DNA of 63,698 bases, filler included, from Octopus bimaculoides (GCF_001194135.2; 5 parts of 5 records of this genome joined end to end with filler, not necessarily neighbours in it); one strand, 5' to 3'. Shown: positions 35,658-49,315, counted from the whole stretch's first letter. Numbers and translations: made by a program. The notes: generated by a model from the sequence alone, not told the origin.

Positions 35658-35829
35658 TGTTGGTGATGCGGATTTAGTAGAGTTGTTAGGGCCACGAAAA
35701 TGTCTTGTAGCATTTTACTTCACGTTCTGGCTTATGATCAATTTTGTCTTTCCTACCTCCAGAGTCGATAAAATAAAGTACCAATCTCAAGTTCTGCTAT
35801 CAATGTTGTTGTGTATTTGTCTACATGGT

Positions 35830-36000
35830 TTTTGAACATTCTCAATGTATCTATTATTATAGGAACCGTTTCTGTTTTTAGCCCTACGCTCGGTCTATCT
35901 CTATTTCTATAACTTTGTTTTCTTGAGGCATTGTCACATGCTGGAACTTTTATGTCTCTTATGAGGCATTCCTTTATCGGGAGGTCCTTGATAACAATAT
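35830..36000 (-). mobile_element. Older R4/Dong REL remnant
   Basis: PNIVIKD..KECLIRDIKVP..LKTETVPIII. Confidence 0.55.
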
Positions 36001-36336
36001 TTGGGTGTGGTAGAAGCAGCCTTGGTCCCCCTGATCTTGCTGGTGAATCTTATCAATTTCCTCGCATAAATGTTTATATAACTTATTCCAGTGTAATTCT
36101 TTAATTTCGGTTCCTGTAACTAATAAAATGTACTCAGTTATAGTTAAATTGCGTCTTCTAATAGTAACTTTAGTATATTTGTCTAATCTCAGATTAACTC
36201 CTGTTTCGGCTGCACTTAAGAACAGTTTCTTAATGATTTATCTGATTAAGTACCATTTGAGTACTGGGGTCGATGCAATCGAATATCCCCCTCTCCAAAA
36301 TTTCAGGCCTTGTGCCTATAATAGAAAAAATTATTA

Positions 36337-36407
<71 letters not shown>

Positions 36408-37081
36408 TCAACATTTCTACAGCAAATATTCAGTAATGTGATATTTTTTTCCAGATTACATTCTTTCACGAATNNNNNNNNNNNNNNNNNNNNNNNNNNN
36501 NNNNNNNNNNNNNNNNNNNNNNNNNNNNNNNNNNNNNNNNNNNNNNNNNNNNNNNNNNNNNNNNNNNNNNNNNNNNNNNNNNNNNNNNNNNNNNNNNNNN
36601 NNNNNNNNNNNNNNNNNNNNNNNNNNNNNNNNNNNNNNNNNNNNNNNNNNNNNNNNNNNNNNNNNNNNNNNNNNNNNNNNNNNNNNNNNNNNNNNNNNNN
36701 NNNNNNNNNNNNNNNNNNNNNNNNNNNNNNNNNNNNNNNNNNNNNNNNNNNNNNNNNNNNNNNNNNNNNNNNNNNNNNNNNNNNNNNNNNNNNNNNNNNN
36801 NNNNNNNNNNNNNNNNNNNNNNNNNNNNNNNNNNNNNNNNNNNNNNNNNNNNNNNNNNNNNNNNNNNNNNNNNNNNNNNNNNNNNNNNNNNNNNNNNNNN
36901 NNNNNNNNNNNNNNNNNNNNNNNNNNNNNNNNNNNNNNNNNNNNNNNNNNNNNNNNNNNNNNNNNNNNNNNNNNNNNNNNNNNNNNNNNNNNNNNNNNNN
37001 NNNNNNNNNNNNNNNNNNNNNNNNNNNNNNNNNNNNNNNNNNNNNNNNNNNNNNNNNNNNNNNNNNNNNNNNNNNNNNNNN

Positions 37082-37112
<31 letters not shown>

Positions 37113-37497
37113 CACAGACTGTATGGTAAGAAGCTTGCTTTCCAGTCACCTAGTACCGGTGTGGTACTGTGTGGCACCTTGGGCAAGTGTCCTCTGCTAC
37201 GACCTCGGGCCGACCAAAGCCTTGCGAGTGATGGAAATGAGAGATGGAAACTGAAAGAAGCTCGTCGTATGTATATATGTGTGTGTGTGTGTCTGTGTTT
37301 GTCCCCCACTACCGCTTGACAACCGGTGCTGGTGTATTTACGTCCCCGTAAATTAGCAATTCGAAAAAGGAAACCAACAGAATAAGTACTAGGCTTAAAA
37401 CAGATAAGTATTGGGATCGATAAGTTCGACTAAAATCCTCCAAGGTGGTGCCCCAGCATGGCCGCAGACAAATGAGTGAAACAAGTAAAAGATGAAA
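37113..37497 (+). mobile_element. SINE family A
   Basis: Head, CORE-like segment, internal (TG)n and tail. Confidence 0.8.
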
Positions 37498-37582
37498 ATA
37501 AAAGACATACACACAAACGTGCACGCACACATATATACATACATACGTACATATATATATATATATATATATACATACACAC

Positions 37583-38848
37583 ACATTCAGGAAGTAAATA
37601 GAGACCTTTAATTTTCAAAATCTTTCATTTAATATGCAAAGTGAACAATTGAAATGTAATCGATAGGTCGGACTACATGCTTTAGCATTTAGTTGACTCT
37701 TCCTTTGCAGTTTTTAATTCAGAAACTCTTTTTGACATTGAACTGATGTGCTTTGTGATTGTCTCTTGTGGAATTTCTGCCCACTTTTCACGCAACAATC
37801 GAAACAATTCATCTTTAGATTTAGGTTTCCGTCGAGTTTTTCATATACCTCTATGTAGTATGCTCCAAAGATTTTCAATTGGGTTCATGTCAGGAGATTG
37901 GCTCGGCCAAGGAAATTTTTTGAGCCACTTTTAAGTCAGCCATTGTTGATTCCTTTTCGCTGTGTGGCATGGAGCCCCATCTTCCATGAATAAAAACTCA
38001 TTTTTCGTTATGTTATCGTGTGAATGCATCGGAAATAGTCCTTGATTAAGTATTTCGATGTATTTTTCAGAGTTTATGGTTCCAACACATTCGATCAGCT
38101 CAGAACGACCATTGCTGGCGACAGCTCCCAATACCATTACAGAGACACTACCATGTTTCACAGTTGGTTGGAGTCGTTTCTAATCAAATTCTTGATTGGG
38201 AAGCCTCCAGACCCAAACACGTCCACTGTCTGAAAATAATGCAAATGTGGATTCATCTGAGAAAATCCCTCAATCCCCAAATGAACTGGATTTTTCTGAC
38301 ATCTCCTTAGCCCATTTCTTTCCTTTCATGATATTAATTGGTTGAAGGAGAGGTTTTCTTCTAGCTGTTCGTTCATAATACACAAGCTTATGCAGATATG
38401 TAACATACGTTCTTGAACTAACGTCCAGCTGTCTTGCAATGTCAGAAGCTTTCGAAGGCGGTTCCTTTTCCACAATTCTCTTCAAACAGCGAAGCTTCCT
38501 TTCCGAGGGCCCAGGTCGGCCGGGACGAGAATCTGTTGATTCTTTTCCTTGGCTTTTCAATTGCGCTATAATTCTATTAACAGTAGCAAGAGGAATTTGA
38601 AGGTTTTCGGCAACTTTTCGTTGGTTAAGACCAGCCTCAGATTGCCCAACAATACAATCTCTTTGAAAATTTGACAGTTTTGCTGATTTTTTTGTGCGCA
38701 GCATGGTTACCCTTCGTAAATGTTTAATATAATGGCACCTGGAATGAAAAAGAATAATTACATTGTAAATTCTACACCGCTGAAAATATATTAAGATGCT
38801 TAGATCAGAAATTTTGAAAATTAAAGGTGTCTATTTAATTCCAGCATA
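37583..38848 (-). mobile_element. Near full-length decayed Tc1 (DD34E) transposon with both TIRs
   Basis: Paired HTH (RPGRP, ARRKPLL), IFSDES, FMEDGAPCH and WPSQSPDMNPIENLW across frameshifts; 31-bp TIR cores GGAAKTAAATAGASACCTTTAATTTTCAAAA at 37590-37620 and 38812-38842. Confidence 0.93.
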
Positions 38849-39264
38849 TCTGTATATGTATATTACCCTCGTTCTGGTCTAACGACCCTCCATGTTTGTT
38901 TTCGTTCAGTTTCCTTGTATGTCTCCACTGTCCTTTTTTGTTTACAATTTTGAGCCTCCATAAATCCAAAATTTTATTTTGAAACTTCGAAGACTCATAT
39001 TTCCGTTCAATGCTCGAAATGAGGAGTAGATAGCTGACAACTGATGAAAGGTCGTTCTTTGTATTACTTGTCCTGTTTTCCATTTATTCCTCTCGTTGTT
39101 TGCGTATTGAGCTCATTTGTTTTCGTATTTCATGTTGTTTACTGTTGGTGACGTCCCGTACCCATATATGCATGTATATATGTGTGTATGTATGTATATG
39201 CATATATAGATATATATTATATATATATATTACATATATATTATATATATATATTACATATATA

Positions 39265-39341
<77 letters not shown>

Positions 39342-39503
39342 CAGGGTGTAACGCAACACATCAGCATCAGAATCTTTCGATCAATAACTCAGAGATGAAT
39401 GGGAGGTCAATGGTAGTAAAAAGAAATTAAGGGAGTATATCACGTTTGGAACACCGTTTAAATTTACCTGCATTTAGTGGAATTCAGAGTTCAATTTGTT
39501 GCA

Positions 39504-39712
39504 TTCAATCCGTCACTTTTACTGTTGTGAAATGGCTGTATGATTTACCTTACGAGAACATGTTGATATTGTGAAAAACTATGCGACCAATAATGTAGCA
39601 GAATTGGCGGCCGCACATCCTCCAAGTCGCTCGAATGTGCTTCACAATATTAACATGTTCTCGTAAGGGAAATCCCACAGCCATTTCACAACAGTAAAAG
39701 TGACGGATTGAA
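39504..39712. repeat. Foldback: ~72-bp imperfect arms, ~65-bp spacer
   Basis: TTCAATCCGTCACTTTTACTGTTGTGAAATGGCTGT.. vs ..ACAGCCATTTCACAACAGTAAAAGTGACGGATTGAA. Confidence 0.85.
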
Positions 39713-39718
39713 CACAAG

Positions 39719-39802
39719 AAATTTTCAAAATTTCTGATCTAAGCGTCTTAATATGTTTTCAGCGGTGTAGAATTTACAATGTAATTATTCTTTTTCATTC
39801 CA
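39719..39802 (+). repeat. Inverted copy of the Tc1 5' subterminal region (38740-38822)
   Basis: About 83 bp with 2 mismatches. Confidence 0.9.
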
Positions 39803-40767
39803 CACACACATGCATATACATACACATACATATATACATATGTCTATGCATTTATAACATCTTTGTGTGCGTAGTATGTACTTATGCATCAGTGCATATA
39901 TGTATGTTTTGAATATCAGAACAGACAGGAATTAAATCAAGTAAATATTCATTTCCACGTAAGTACAGCAAAAGAGTTAAAGAACATTCAAGCTTAGTTA
40001 TTTTCCCTTTTCTATGACGTGTACTCAAACATGCTCGAGTCACGTGTATTTGCTATTTTGCAGATGGAATTACACATTCAGTCATTGCACACACTAATAA
40101 TAGCCGGCAATTAATTATGAACAGGTGTCTCCTTAGCTCATTACCGAAACCTTTTAATGTATTGTTAGTCTTTATAGGTTTATATTTCTGTTTCATTGTT
40201 GTTGTTTTGTTTTCTTAGTCTTTGTAAATAAAATGACAGAAAACATGGGAAGAACAACAAAATGAAAAGAAAGTAATGAAAAATGGCAAAAGAAAGATTT
40301 GGTCTTTTGTATGCCTCTAACTTGGTACATCTCATTTTACACCGAAACACCGATTAATGTTAAAGAGCACATGTGACTGACTGTTGTTGACTATACTTAA
40401 AATATGGTAGGTAAGAAGAAAACAAAAAGTAGGATAGAGTTTACGTAGGAAATAGAATAGAATAGAATAGAATAATAAAATAAAATTAGAATACGATTTT
40501 AAAAAGCCAAAAAAAAAAAAATATATATATAATAATAATAAAAGAAGAATCATATTGTAAAGAGAGCCTTTTCGAAAGTTAACAGAGGTGGTGTTGCAGT
40601 TTAATAAATTTTCGTTAGCCCCGATAGACAAAGTATGAAGAATACGTTTCATCGCGAACAAATACCAAAATGGTGCATTCCGTCGTATTTTATCTCTCTC
40701 GTTCTCTTGATATGTTTACACACACACACACACACATACACATTATATATATGATGGACTCTCCTGT

Positions 40768-41042
40768 TGAAGACGGCGTATAAGTGTCAGCTTTTACCGA
40801 ACGACCTGCACAAATGATTTCTTTATAATGATCAAAAATGTTTGTGCTGCACATCAGCACAGTCCTTCCATCAAATCAACGCCATCTGAGCAGGTATGCG
40901 GTGAACCACACTTCAGGTGTGGGAGTGATCACAAAACACCGTGAGATGAAGTGTATTGCTCAAGAACATAACGCACCGGTCTAGGAATTGAAACCACGGT
41001 CTTGCGATCGTGAGTGCAACACTCTAACCACTAGGCCATGCG

Positions 41043-41043
<1 letters not shown>
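40768..41043 (-). mobile_element. tRNA-derived SINE (GCATGGCCTAGTGGTTAG head)
   Basis: A-box TGGCCTAGTGG and B-box-like GGTTTCAATTCC; related copy at about 53040-53290 (+). Confidence 0.7.
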
Positions 41044-41089
<46 letters not shown>

Positions 41090-41153
41090 TCTCTTTCTCT
41101 CCTTCTCTCTCTCTCCTTCTCTCTCTCACTATGTATATATATATATATACAAA

Positions 41154-41200
<47 letters not shown>

Positions 41201-41294
41201 TTATGCGAATAGACAAATAAAGTGCTTGGGTTTGATATACGAAATATATATATCTACATGTATACATGTAAATAGGGAGAGATTCAAGTGTATA

Positions 41295-41660
41295 TATAGC
41301 GTGGCACTCCGTCGCTTACGACGTCGAGGGTTCCAGTTGATCCGATGAACGGAACAACCTGCTCGTGAAATTAACGTGGCTGAGCACTCCACAGACACGT
41401 GTACCCTTAACGTAGTTCTCGGGGAGATTCAGCGTGACACGGTGTGCGACAAGGGTGACCCTTTGAAATACAAGTATAACAGAAACAGGAAGAATGAGTG
41501 AGAGAAAATTGTGGTGAAAGAGTACAGTAGGGTTCGCCACAACGTCCTGCCGGAGCCTCGTGGAGCTTTAGGTGTTTTCGCTCAATAAACACTGACAACG
41601 AAACCTCAATCCCACAACCGCGAGTCCACTGCCCTAACCATTGAGCCATTACACCTCCAC
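41295..41660 (-). mobile_element. tRNA-headed SINE, family E
   Basis: Minus-strand head TGGCTCAATGGTTAGGGCAGTGGACTCGCG.., body ending ..GTAAGCGACGGAGTGCCACG. Confidence 0.6.
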
Positions 41661-41725
<65 letters not shown>

Positions 41726-41816
41726 CAAACTTACATAGAGTATAAAAGACAGAGAAAATCAAAAGGGGAGACCGCATGGTGTTATAAGTCCGAAAGTCAA
41801 ATAAAATCTCTGTGTG

Positions 41817-41847
<31 letters not shown>

Positions 41848-42323
41848 GCATACAAGTTTGTGTGAATGTGTGTAGAAAAATATAGGTGAATAAAGTTACA
41901 TGGTCTTGTCATGTTCTTTATAACTGTATTTTAAAAAGATATTTTTACAATGTTGTAGTGTGTTAAACATTAAAAAAAGTTTATTTAGTAATGTTCATAA
42001 AATTCAAGTAGCGCTTTCATACGTTCCTAGTAATCATCAGATTTCAAAATTTATTGACTGAAAGTTGAGTTGAGTGCTTGATAACGGTAGTAAAATGACT
42101 AACTTCTTCCTTTTTATACCATTTAGAAGGCTCCTACAAGCTGAAATTTTCGAATACGGTTTTGACCAATTGCTCAAAATTGGTCATAACTACAGTTGTC
42201 AAGTACTCAACTAAACTGTCAGTCAATACATTTCCAAATCTGCTGATTACTACGAACGTAATTTGAACTTAATTACGATTTTGTTTTTATGATTAACACA
42301 CTTCAAAAAAATTTGTCTTAAAT

Positions 42324-42358
<35 letters not shown>

Positions 42359-42629
42359 NNNNNNNNNNNNNNNNNNNNNNNNNNNNNNNNNNNNNNNNNN
42401 NNNNNNNNNNNNNNNNNNNNNNNNNNNNNNNNNNNNNNNNNNNNNNNNNNNNNNNNNNNNNNNNNNNNNNNNNNNNNNNNNNNNNNNNNNNNNNNNNNNN
42501 NNNNNNNNNNNNNNNNNNNNNNNNNNNNNNNNNNNNNNNNNNNNNNNNNNNNNNNNNNNNNNNNNNNNNNNNNNNNNNNNNNNNNNNNNNNNNNNNNNNN
42601 NNNCTAGATATTGCTGTTTGATTCATATT

Positions 42630-42826
42630 CTTTTATTTGTTTCGCTCATTTGACTGCGGCTATGCTGGTGCACTGCTTTTAGTCGAGCAAACCGACCCCA
42701 GGACTTATTCTTTGTAAGCCTAGTACTTATTCTATCTCTCACTTTTGCCTAACCGTTATGTTACGGTGACGTAAACACAGCAGCGTCGGTTGTCAAGTGA
42801 TGTTGGGGGAACAAACACAGACATAG

Positions 42827-42905
<79 letters not shown>

Positions 42906-43062
42906 ACGGGCTTCTTTCAGTTTCCGTCTACCAAATCCACTCACAAAGCTTTGGTGGACTCGAGGCTATGGTAGAAGTCACTTGCCCAAGGTGATTCGCA
43001 GTGGGACTGAACCCAGAACCATGTGGTTGGTAAGCAAGCTACTTACCACGCTGCCACTCCGG
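42630..43062 (-). mobile_element. SINE family A, full length
   Basis: Head to tail with internal (TA)(TG)n. Confidence 0.85.
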
Positions 43063-43769
43063 CGCATAGGTCACATTTATTCACATTTGAATAAAATTTG
43101 AAGTACAATCCATGTTGCGAGCTTACATGCATTTCCCGTCTACTCAGCCCTGCCCATAAGGCTTGAGTCAAGTTGCAGCTATTGCTGCAGCAATCTTGGC
43201 ACTTATCTAAGATATTCTGCAATGGGATTGAGTTTGGGACTTTGTGATTGCGAAGCGAAGGTTTAAACCATTTAGGCCTGACACGTCTAATACAGTGTTC
43301 TATTGCGTAGTTTGGGATTATGCTCTTTACCATCACTAAAGTGTCACTAGACATTTGTATTGAGATGTCACAAGGTCATGTCACTTTGAAATGAAGTATA
43401 CTTGATTTAATAAATCTTCAGATAATACTAGCGCATATTTGAGCGATCTACGAGGGATTCAGAATGTATGATGATATAAAACCTAAAACATAACTGCTGC
43501 CAAAACTGCTTCACTAAGAATGATTTTCAAGTGATACACAATACCACACGTATTATTTGAAGGGTCAGTCAATTAAATCGATGGAATGTAAAGGCTATGC
43601 CGACAAGATTATAACACTGAAGATAAAAAAACGCAAGCAATCTGCAATATATATTCTGTCTGGTGATCTACCAATTCTGGCAATTCTTCACTGTAATAAT
43701 GGTGACATTATATTAGCACAAAACTCCAGAGTTATATAGAAAAGGTAATGAAGGCGATCTATCTGTCTG

Positions 43770-43804
<35 letters not shown>

Positions 43805-44512
43805 GCACAGGCGCGCATATACATCACACACGCACGCGCGCGCGCGCACACACACATACACACACGGACACACACGGACACACACGGACACACACACACA
43901 TACATACACATGGGGAGACAAATACAAAGAGAACAGAAAGGGCGAGAAAGTAATGAAAGTTTAAAAGAGTGCCCCCCGAAAATTTTAACACAAGGGCATA
44001 ATAATAATAATAAGACGAAAAAAAGGAACAAATAAATAAATAAATAAGAAAGTCAGGTGGAAAGTTAAAGTAAACAAAAATACGTTGATTATGAAAACAA
44101 AAAAAAAAAAACAGAAGCAGAAATAGAGCAAAAGAAAATTGTAAAGAAATACAAAAACAAAACTACGAAAAAGAGAAATTCGCTTTCAGTGCTGTTTTTG
44201 CATTAAAGGTTCTAGTTCGATGAACAGCAACAATTGAGGAAATGTACTTGCTATTCTCACACGAATAGACATTTTAGCATTGGTTAAAAAGGACAGGTAA
44301 TTTTCTTTTATCATCGGGACAATAATAATCTCAGCTCACAATTCATTGGTTGTAAAGTGTTTTGTACAAATCTTGTGACTATTATATTTAAAGCGTTCAT
44401 TAACTTTACATAATATGCATTTTATTTTATGTTATTGTATAATTGCCTCTGAGTGAGTGTTTCTGGGCATACATATATATAAATAAATATATGATAATTA
44501 TTCGGTAGCCAT

Positions 44513-44573
44513 GATAAAACGCCGAGTTTCGGATGTCAGGGCGGAAACCTACGCCGCTATCTCTTCAGTTATC
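44513..44573 (-). ncRNA. Hammerhead ribozyme-like motif (type I topology)
   Basis: Minus strand GATAA-CTGAAGA-GAT..ATC-C-GAAA-CTCGGCG-TT-TTATC: perfect 5-bp stem I, intact core, GUU triplet, irregular stems II and III. Confidence 0.5.
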
Positions 44574-44970
44574 TGACCATCGAAAAAATGCTATAAAAAT
44601 GAAATTACTGTGTGATCGACCGTTATTAAGATTACTGTGTGATCGACCGTTATTAAGATAAAAGAGCTATTAGAATAACCGTTAGGTGAGGGGAGAGAGT
44701 AAAAGAAAGGGAGTAAAAATGTCCATAGTATTTGCGTAAGCGCACCACTCCATGCATACACAAGCGCCTACATTTATATACTCATCCACCGTCACTTGAA
44801 ACACACACATGCTCACCCACACATTCGAAATATATATACATATAAATATATAGACATATATATATATAGANNNNNNNNNNNNNNNNNNNNNNNNNNNNNN
44901 NNNNNNNNNNNNNNTTAATTAATTAANNNNNNNNNNNNNNNNNNNNNNNNNNNNNNNNNNNNNNNNNNNN

Positions 44971-45003
<33 letters not shown>

Positions 45004-45004
45004 T

Positions 45005-46100
45005 ACAATGGGCTCCTTTCAGTTTCCATCTACCAAATCCACTCACAAGGCTTTGGTCGGCCCGAGGCTATAGTAGAAGACACTTGCCCAAGGTGCCACG
45101 CAGTGAGACTGAACCTGAAACCATGTGGTTGGTAAGCAAGTTACTTACCACACAGCCACTCCTGCACCTTGTTTAACTTTGTCATAAATTCATTAACATG
45201 GCCTGTAGCAGTTGTGAAGGAAGTTACAGAGGCTGGGGCGGGTGTTCATCTGTCGACTTAATGTTGCAGAAAGAAATGCCATAGAAAGAAGCGCAATATC
45301 AATTATATTTTTGTAAGGCCTTCAAGGAAAGGGAGGAAGAATCCTTGACTCATGTGTTACTGCAGTAGGAATCAGAGTACCAATAAGTTGACATATCCTC
45401 TAAGTGGACACCTTGTCTGAATGCCTGAAACAGAATGGTTTCTGCTAAGAACCCACAAGGGCCAAGTGGTATATTTAACCCTTTCATTTTACCATATTTT
45501 TATTGAAACACACTGCATTGCTTTTGTTAATTTGAAAAATAATAAAGAATTAAGTATAACATCTTTGTCATTATCAAGCTGATATTTAAGGTGAGCTGAC
45601 ACAATCATTCGCAGGAGCTGACAGAATCAAGCGCAGGAGTGGTTGTGTGGTAAGTAGCTTGCTTACCAACCACATGGTTCTGGATTCAGTCCCACTGTGT
45701 GACACCTTGGGCAAGTGTCTTCTACTATAGCCTTGGACCAACCAAAGCCTTGTGAGTGGATTTGGTAGATGGAAACTGAAAGAAGACCATCGTATATATG
45801 TATATGTATATGTGAGTGTGTTTGTGTGTCTGTGTTTGTCTCCCCAACATCACTTGACAACCGATGCTGGTGTGTTTATGTCCCCCGTAACTTAGCGGTT
45901 CGGCAAAAGAGACCGGTAGAATAAGTACTAGGCTTACAAAGAATAAGTCCTGGGGTCGACTTGCTCAACTAAAGGCGGTGCTCCAGCATGGCCACAGCCA
46001 AATAACTGAAACACTTGCCCAAGGTGCCATGCAGTGGGACTGAACCCGGAACTATGTGGTTGGTAGGTAAGCTACTTACCACACAGCCACTCCTGCACCT
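45005..46100. mobile_element. Cluster of SINE family A pieces (45005-45168 -, 45632-46012 +, 46013-46100 -) plus a TTAACCCT-type MITE end at about 45476
   Basis: Near-consensus family A sequence; TTAACCCTTT start is piggyBac-like. Confidence 0.75.
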
Positions 46101-47169
46101 ATATATTACCAAATATGATTAAAATGTTTGCATATTTTTGCATATCAATAGCAATACCATGCAACATTTGATGCAGAAACAGCTGTTAGATGGGATGCAG
46201 TCTACTTGCATTGAATTAATAAATAATAATTGAAATAAGTCAATTGTTGTTCATCAGTACTTCTCCATTTTCTGTTTTCTTTATATTGTAGAGATTATAA
46301 AATATTTGTTGCATAATCTCAAGAATGCTGGTTTTAAAAGGGTTAGGTGGGCTACATGTTAAGTCTACCCATCAAGAAGAGGTGCAACATCTGAAAATCT
46401 GCCACAAATTTTCTGTCTACACAAATTCACTTACAAACTTTGGATTGAACCATGGTTATGACAAAGGTTATGACAAGGTACCGTAGAATAAAAGACATTG
46501 GTTGCGATATTTTTAAGAGAGGAGTAAGAAGGAGGGGATGGATATGGGTGAAGAAATGAAGTGTAAATGCATGTGTGCATGGGTTGTGTGTGTGTGTGTG
46601 TGATTTTATAGTGCATGCAAGTGGTCAGTTGTAGTGGACAGAGGGAATAAGACAAAGAAAATACTATCAAAGAAGAAACCTGTGTGTGTATGTGTGTGTG
46701 TATGTGTGCGTGCACGTGTATCAGAGGATCAGAACTGGTTTGAGGATAGAGGTGAGTATGCATATGGGGTGTATGTGTATGTAGGTGAAAGATGTGTATC
46801 CGTGAGATGAGTTGGGATCAGATGAGGGGGAGTGGAGAAAGAAAGTAGAAAGAGTAAGGAGACACAAGGGTGTACACTTTGGGGCTAACAAAAGTGAAGA
46901 AAGTGTATAGGTGAGTGACTTGTAATGTGTATGGATGTGTATGCAAAAATGCAGTCAGATGTGTGTGTGTGAAAATGGCATGTATGCAGGCAGAAATGGC
47001 ATGTGATGCAGGCATGGGTGTGTCGTAAGAAGCTAGCTTCCCAACCACCTGGTTCCTGGTTCAGTCTCACTGCAAGGCAACTTGGGTAAGTGTCTTCTAC
47101 TATAGCCTATGGCTGACCGAAGCCGTGTGAGTGAATTTCGTAGATGGATACGAAAAGATGCCTGTCATG

Positions 47170-47230
<61 letters not shown>

Positions 47231-47242
47231 ATGTATATAATA

Positions 47243-47860
47243 GTGTATAAAGATTTATGCATTGAAAGAAGTCCCTTGACAGGACTTCTTACTGCTAAAA
47301 AGGGCAGTTAAACCCACCACGAAAAAATAATTCTAAAGGCACGCTGATAATGGCACTAGAATGAATAAAACAAAACAATTATTAATTAATCCCATACTCA
47401 AGTTTCCCTATTAATGAGCAAATAAATTAATTTGTCATCCGAAGTTCATCAGTGGGATCACTAAAGAATGCATAATTATGTAGCTTTAATACATACCGAA
47501 AACATGTGCAAGCTCCACATTTATACATTATGGATTCAAATTAAGTGCGCAAGCAAAGTAACATAGCCTAGCAACAAATAATAAATTTAAACTGCGTACT
47601 CTATGGCCTCAGAATTAGAAAATTTTACTGTGTAAATTATGGGGGTAAAGATTTTAAATAATTTATTACCAGTTGTTTGCATGTGTAATAAAAGTCATAA
47701 GGCACAACATATTTTTATATATGAGTGTATAAAAATTTATACACAGGGAGAAGATGCTCAATAGGACTTCTTACAAGCTAAAAAGGGCAGTTACACCCAA
47801 AACACGAACAAAATAATTCTAAAGGCATGCCGATAATGGCACTAGAATGAATAAAACAAA
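47243..47860 (+). repeat. Local direct repeat (~135 bp, two copies at 47243 and 47724)
   Basis: Shared AGGACTTCTTAC..GCTAAAAAGGGCAGTTA..AAAATAATTCTAAAGGCA..GATAATGGCACTAGAATGAATAAAACAAAA. Confidence 0.8.
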
Positions 47861-47899
47861 AAAAAATATTGCTTGCGAAGACCTATTGAGGCAAGTGAA

Positions 47900-48400
47900 A
47901 TCAACATCACTGACGTGGCCGATGACAGTACCACCTGATTGGCACTTGTGCCAGTGGAACGTTAAAAGCACACCTGAGCATGATCACTGCCAGGGACACA
48001 GATTGGCTCCTGTGCCAGTGACATGTAAAAAGCACCATTCGAGCGTAATTGTTGCCAGCGTTGCCTTACTGGCACATGTGCCAGTGGTACATGAAAAACA
48101 ACATTCAAGCGTGGTCATTGCCAGTGTCACTGGACTGGTTCTCATGCAGGTAGCACATAAAAACACCTTTTCAGTGTGGTCGTTGCCAGAACTACCTGAC
48201 TGGCCCTCATGCTGGTGGCACGTAAAAGCGCCCACTACATTCTCAGAGTGGTTGGCATTAGGAAGGGCATCCAGCTGTAGAAACTTTGCAAGATCAGATT
48301 GGAGCCTGGTGCAGCCTTCTGGCTCACCAGTCCTCAGTCAAACCGTCCAACCCATGCCAGCATGGAAAGCAGATGTTAAACAACGTTGATGATGATGACG
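47900..48400 (+). mobile_element. Family C (about 4 tandem units + RTE-type 3' end)
   Basis: Repeating TAAAAAGCACCATTCGAGCGT..GCCAG units followed by AGGAAGGGCATCCAGCTGTAG...GATGATG. Confidence 0.8.
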
Positions 48401-49268
48401 ATATGTATATATGTATGTATTTACCACTATCACTTGACAACTGATGTTGGCATGTTTACATACCTGTAACTTAGTGGTTCAGCAAAAAGAGGCTGATAAA
48501 ATAAGTACTAGGCTTACGAAAATAAGTCCTGGGGTCGATTTCTTCAACTAAAAACCCCTTAAAGTGGTGCTCCAGCATGGCTGCAGTAAAATGACTGAAA
48601 CAAGTGTGCATTCTTGCATATAAGTGTGGAAGGTTAATGCAATGTACATGACATGGTTTTCCAATGTACAGGTTATGAGGGTAGAAATTAAAATGAGAGT
48701 AGAAATTAAAACCATAGGGAGTGTAAGTTTCTAGGAAGAAGTCAAGCTTCTGTTCATTCTACAAGTGAGAGGGAGACAGATCTGGTGCTTGAGACCAAAC
48801 TGAAGTCTCAAGGTGTTGAGTGGTGTGGTTGGCAGAGTAGAAATATCAGGCAAACACTGGTCACCATTTTATTTTCACATACACACATTTCTTAAATAGT
48901 TTCACTCAAGCAAAGCAGGTGTCTATCATGTATAAAGTATATTTAGTATGTAGTACAACACATGCACACACAAACACCATAATACACATTACCAATAACT
49001 GTGCATATAGATATATAAAACTATGACTATATAAATAAATATATTCACTCCATATACACATATTTACATATACATTCACAAATGTAGACACACACACACA
49101 TATATATGTGTATACAAATATAAAACATACAAAATATATAGCGATTTTTATAGACTACATTTGATTCAAATTGTATTGATAAATTCACATTTGATACCAC
49201 ATCGAAACATAGTATGCTATATCGTAATATATTTTGTTCTGTGTATGTATGCATATACATATATACCT

Positions 49269-49315
<47 letters not shown>

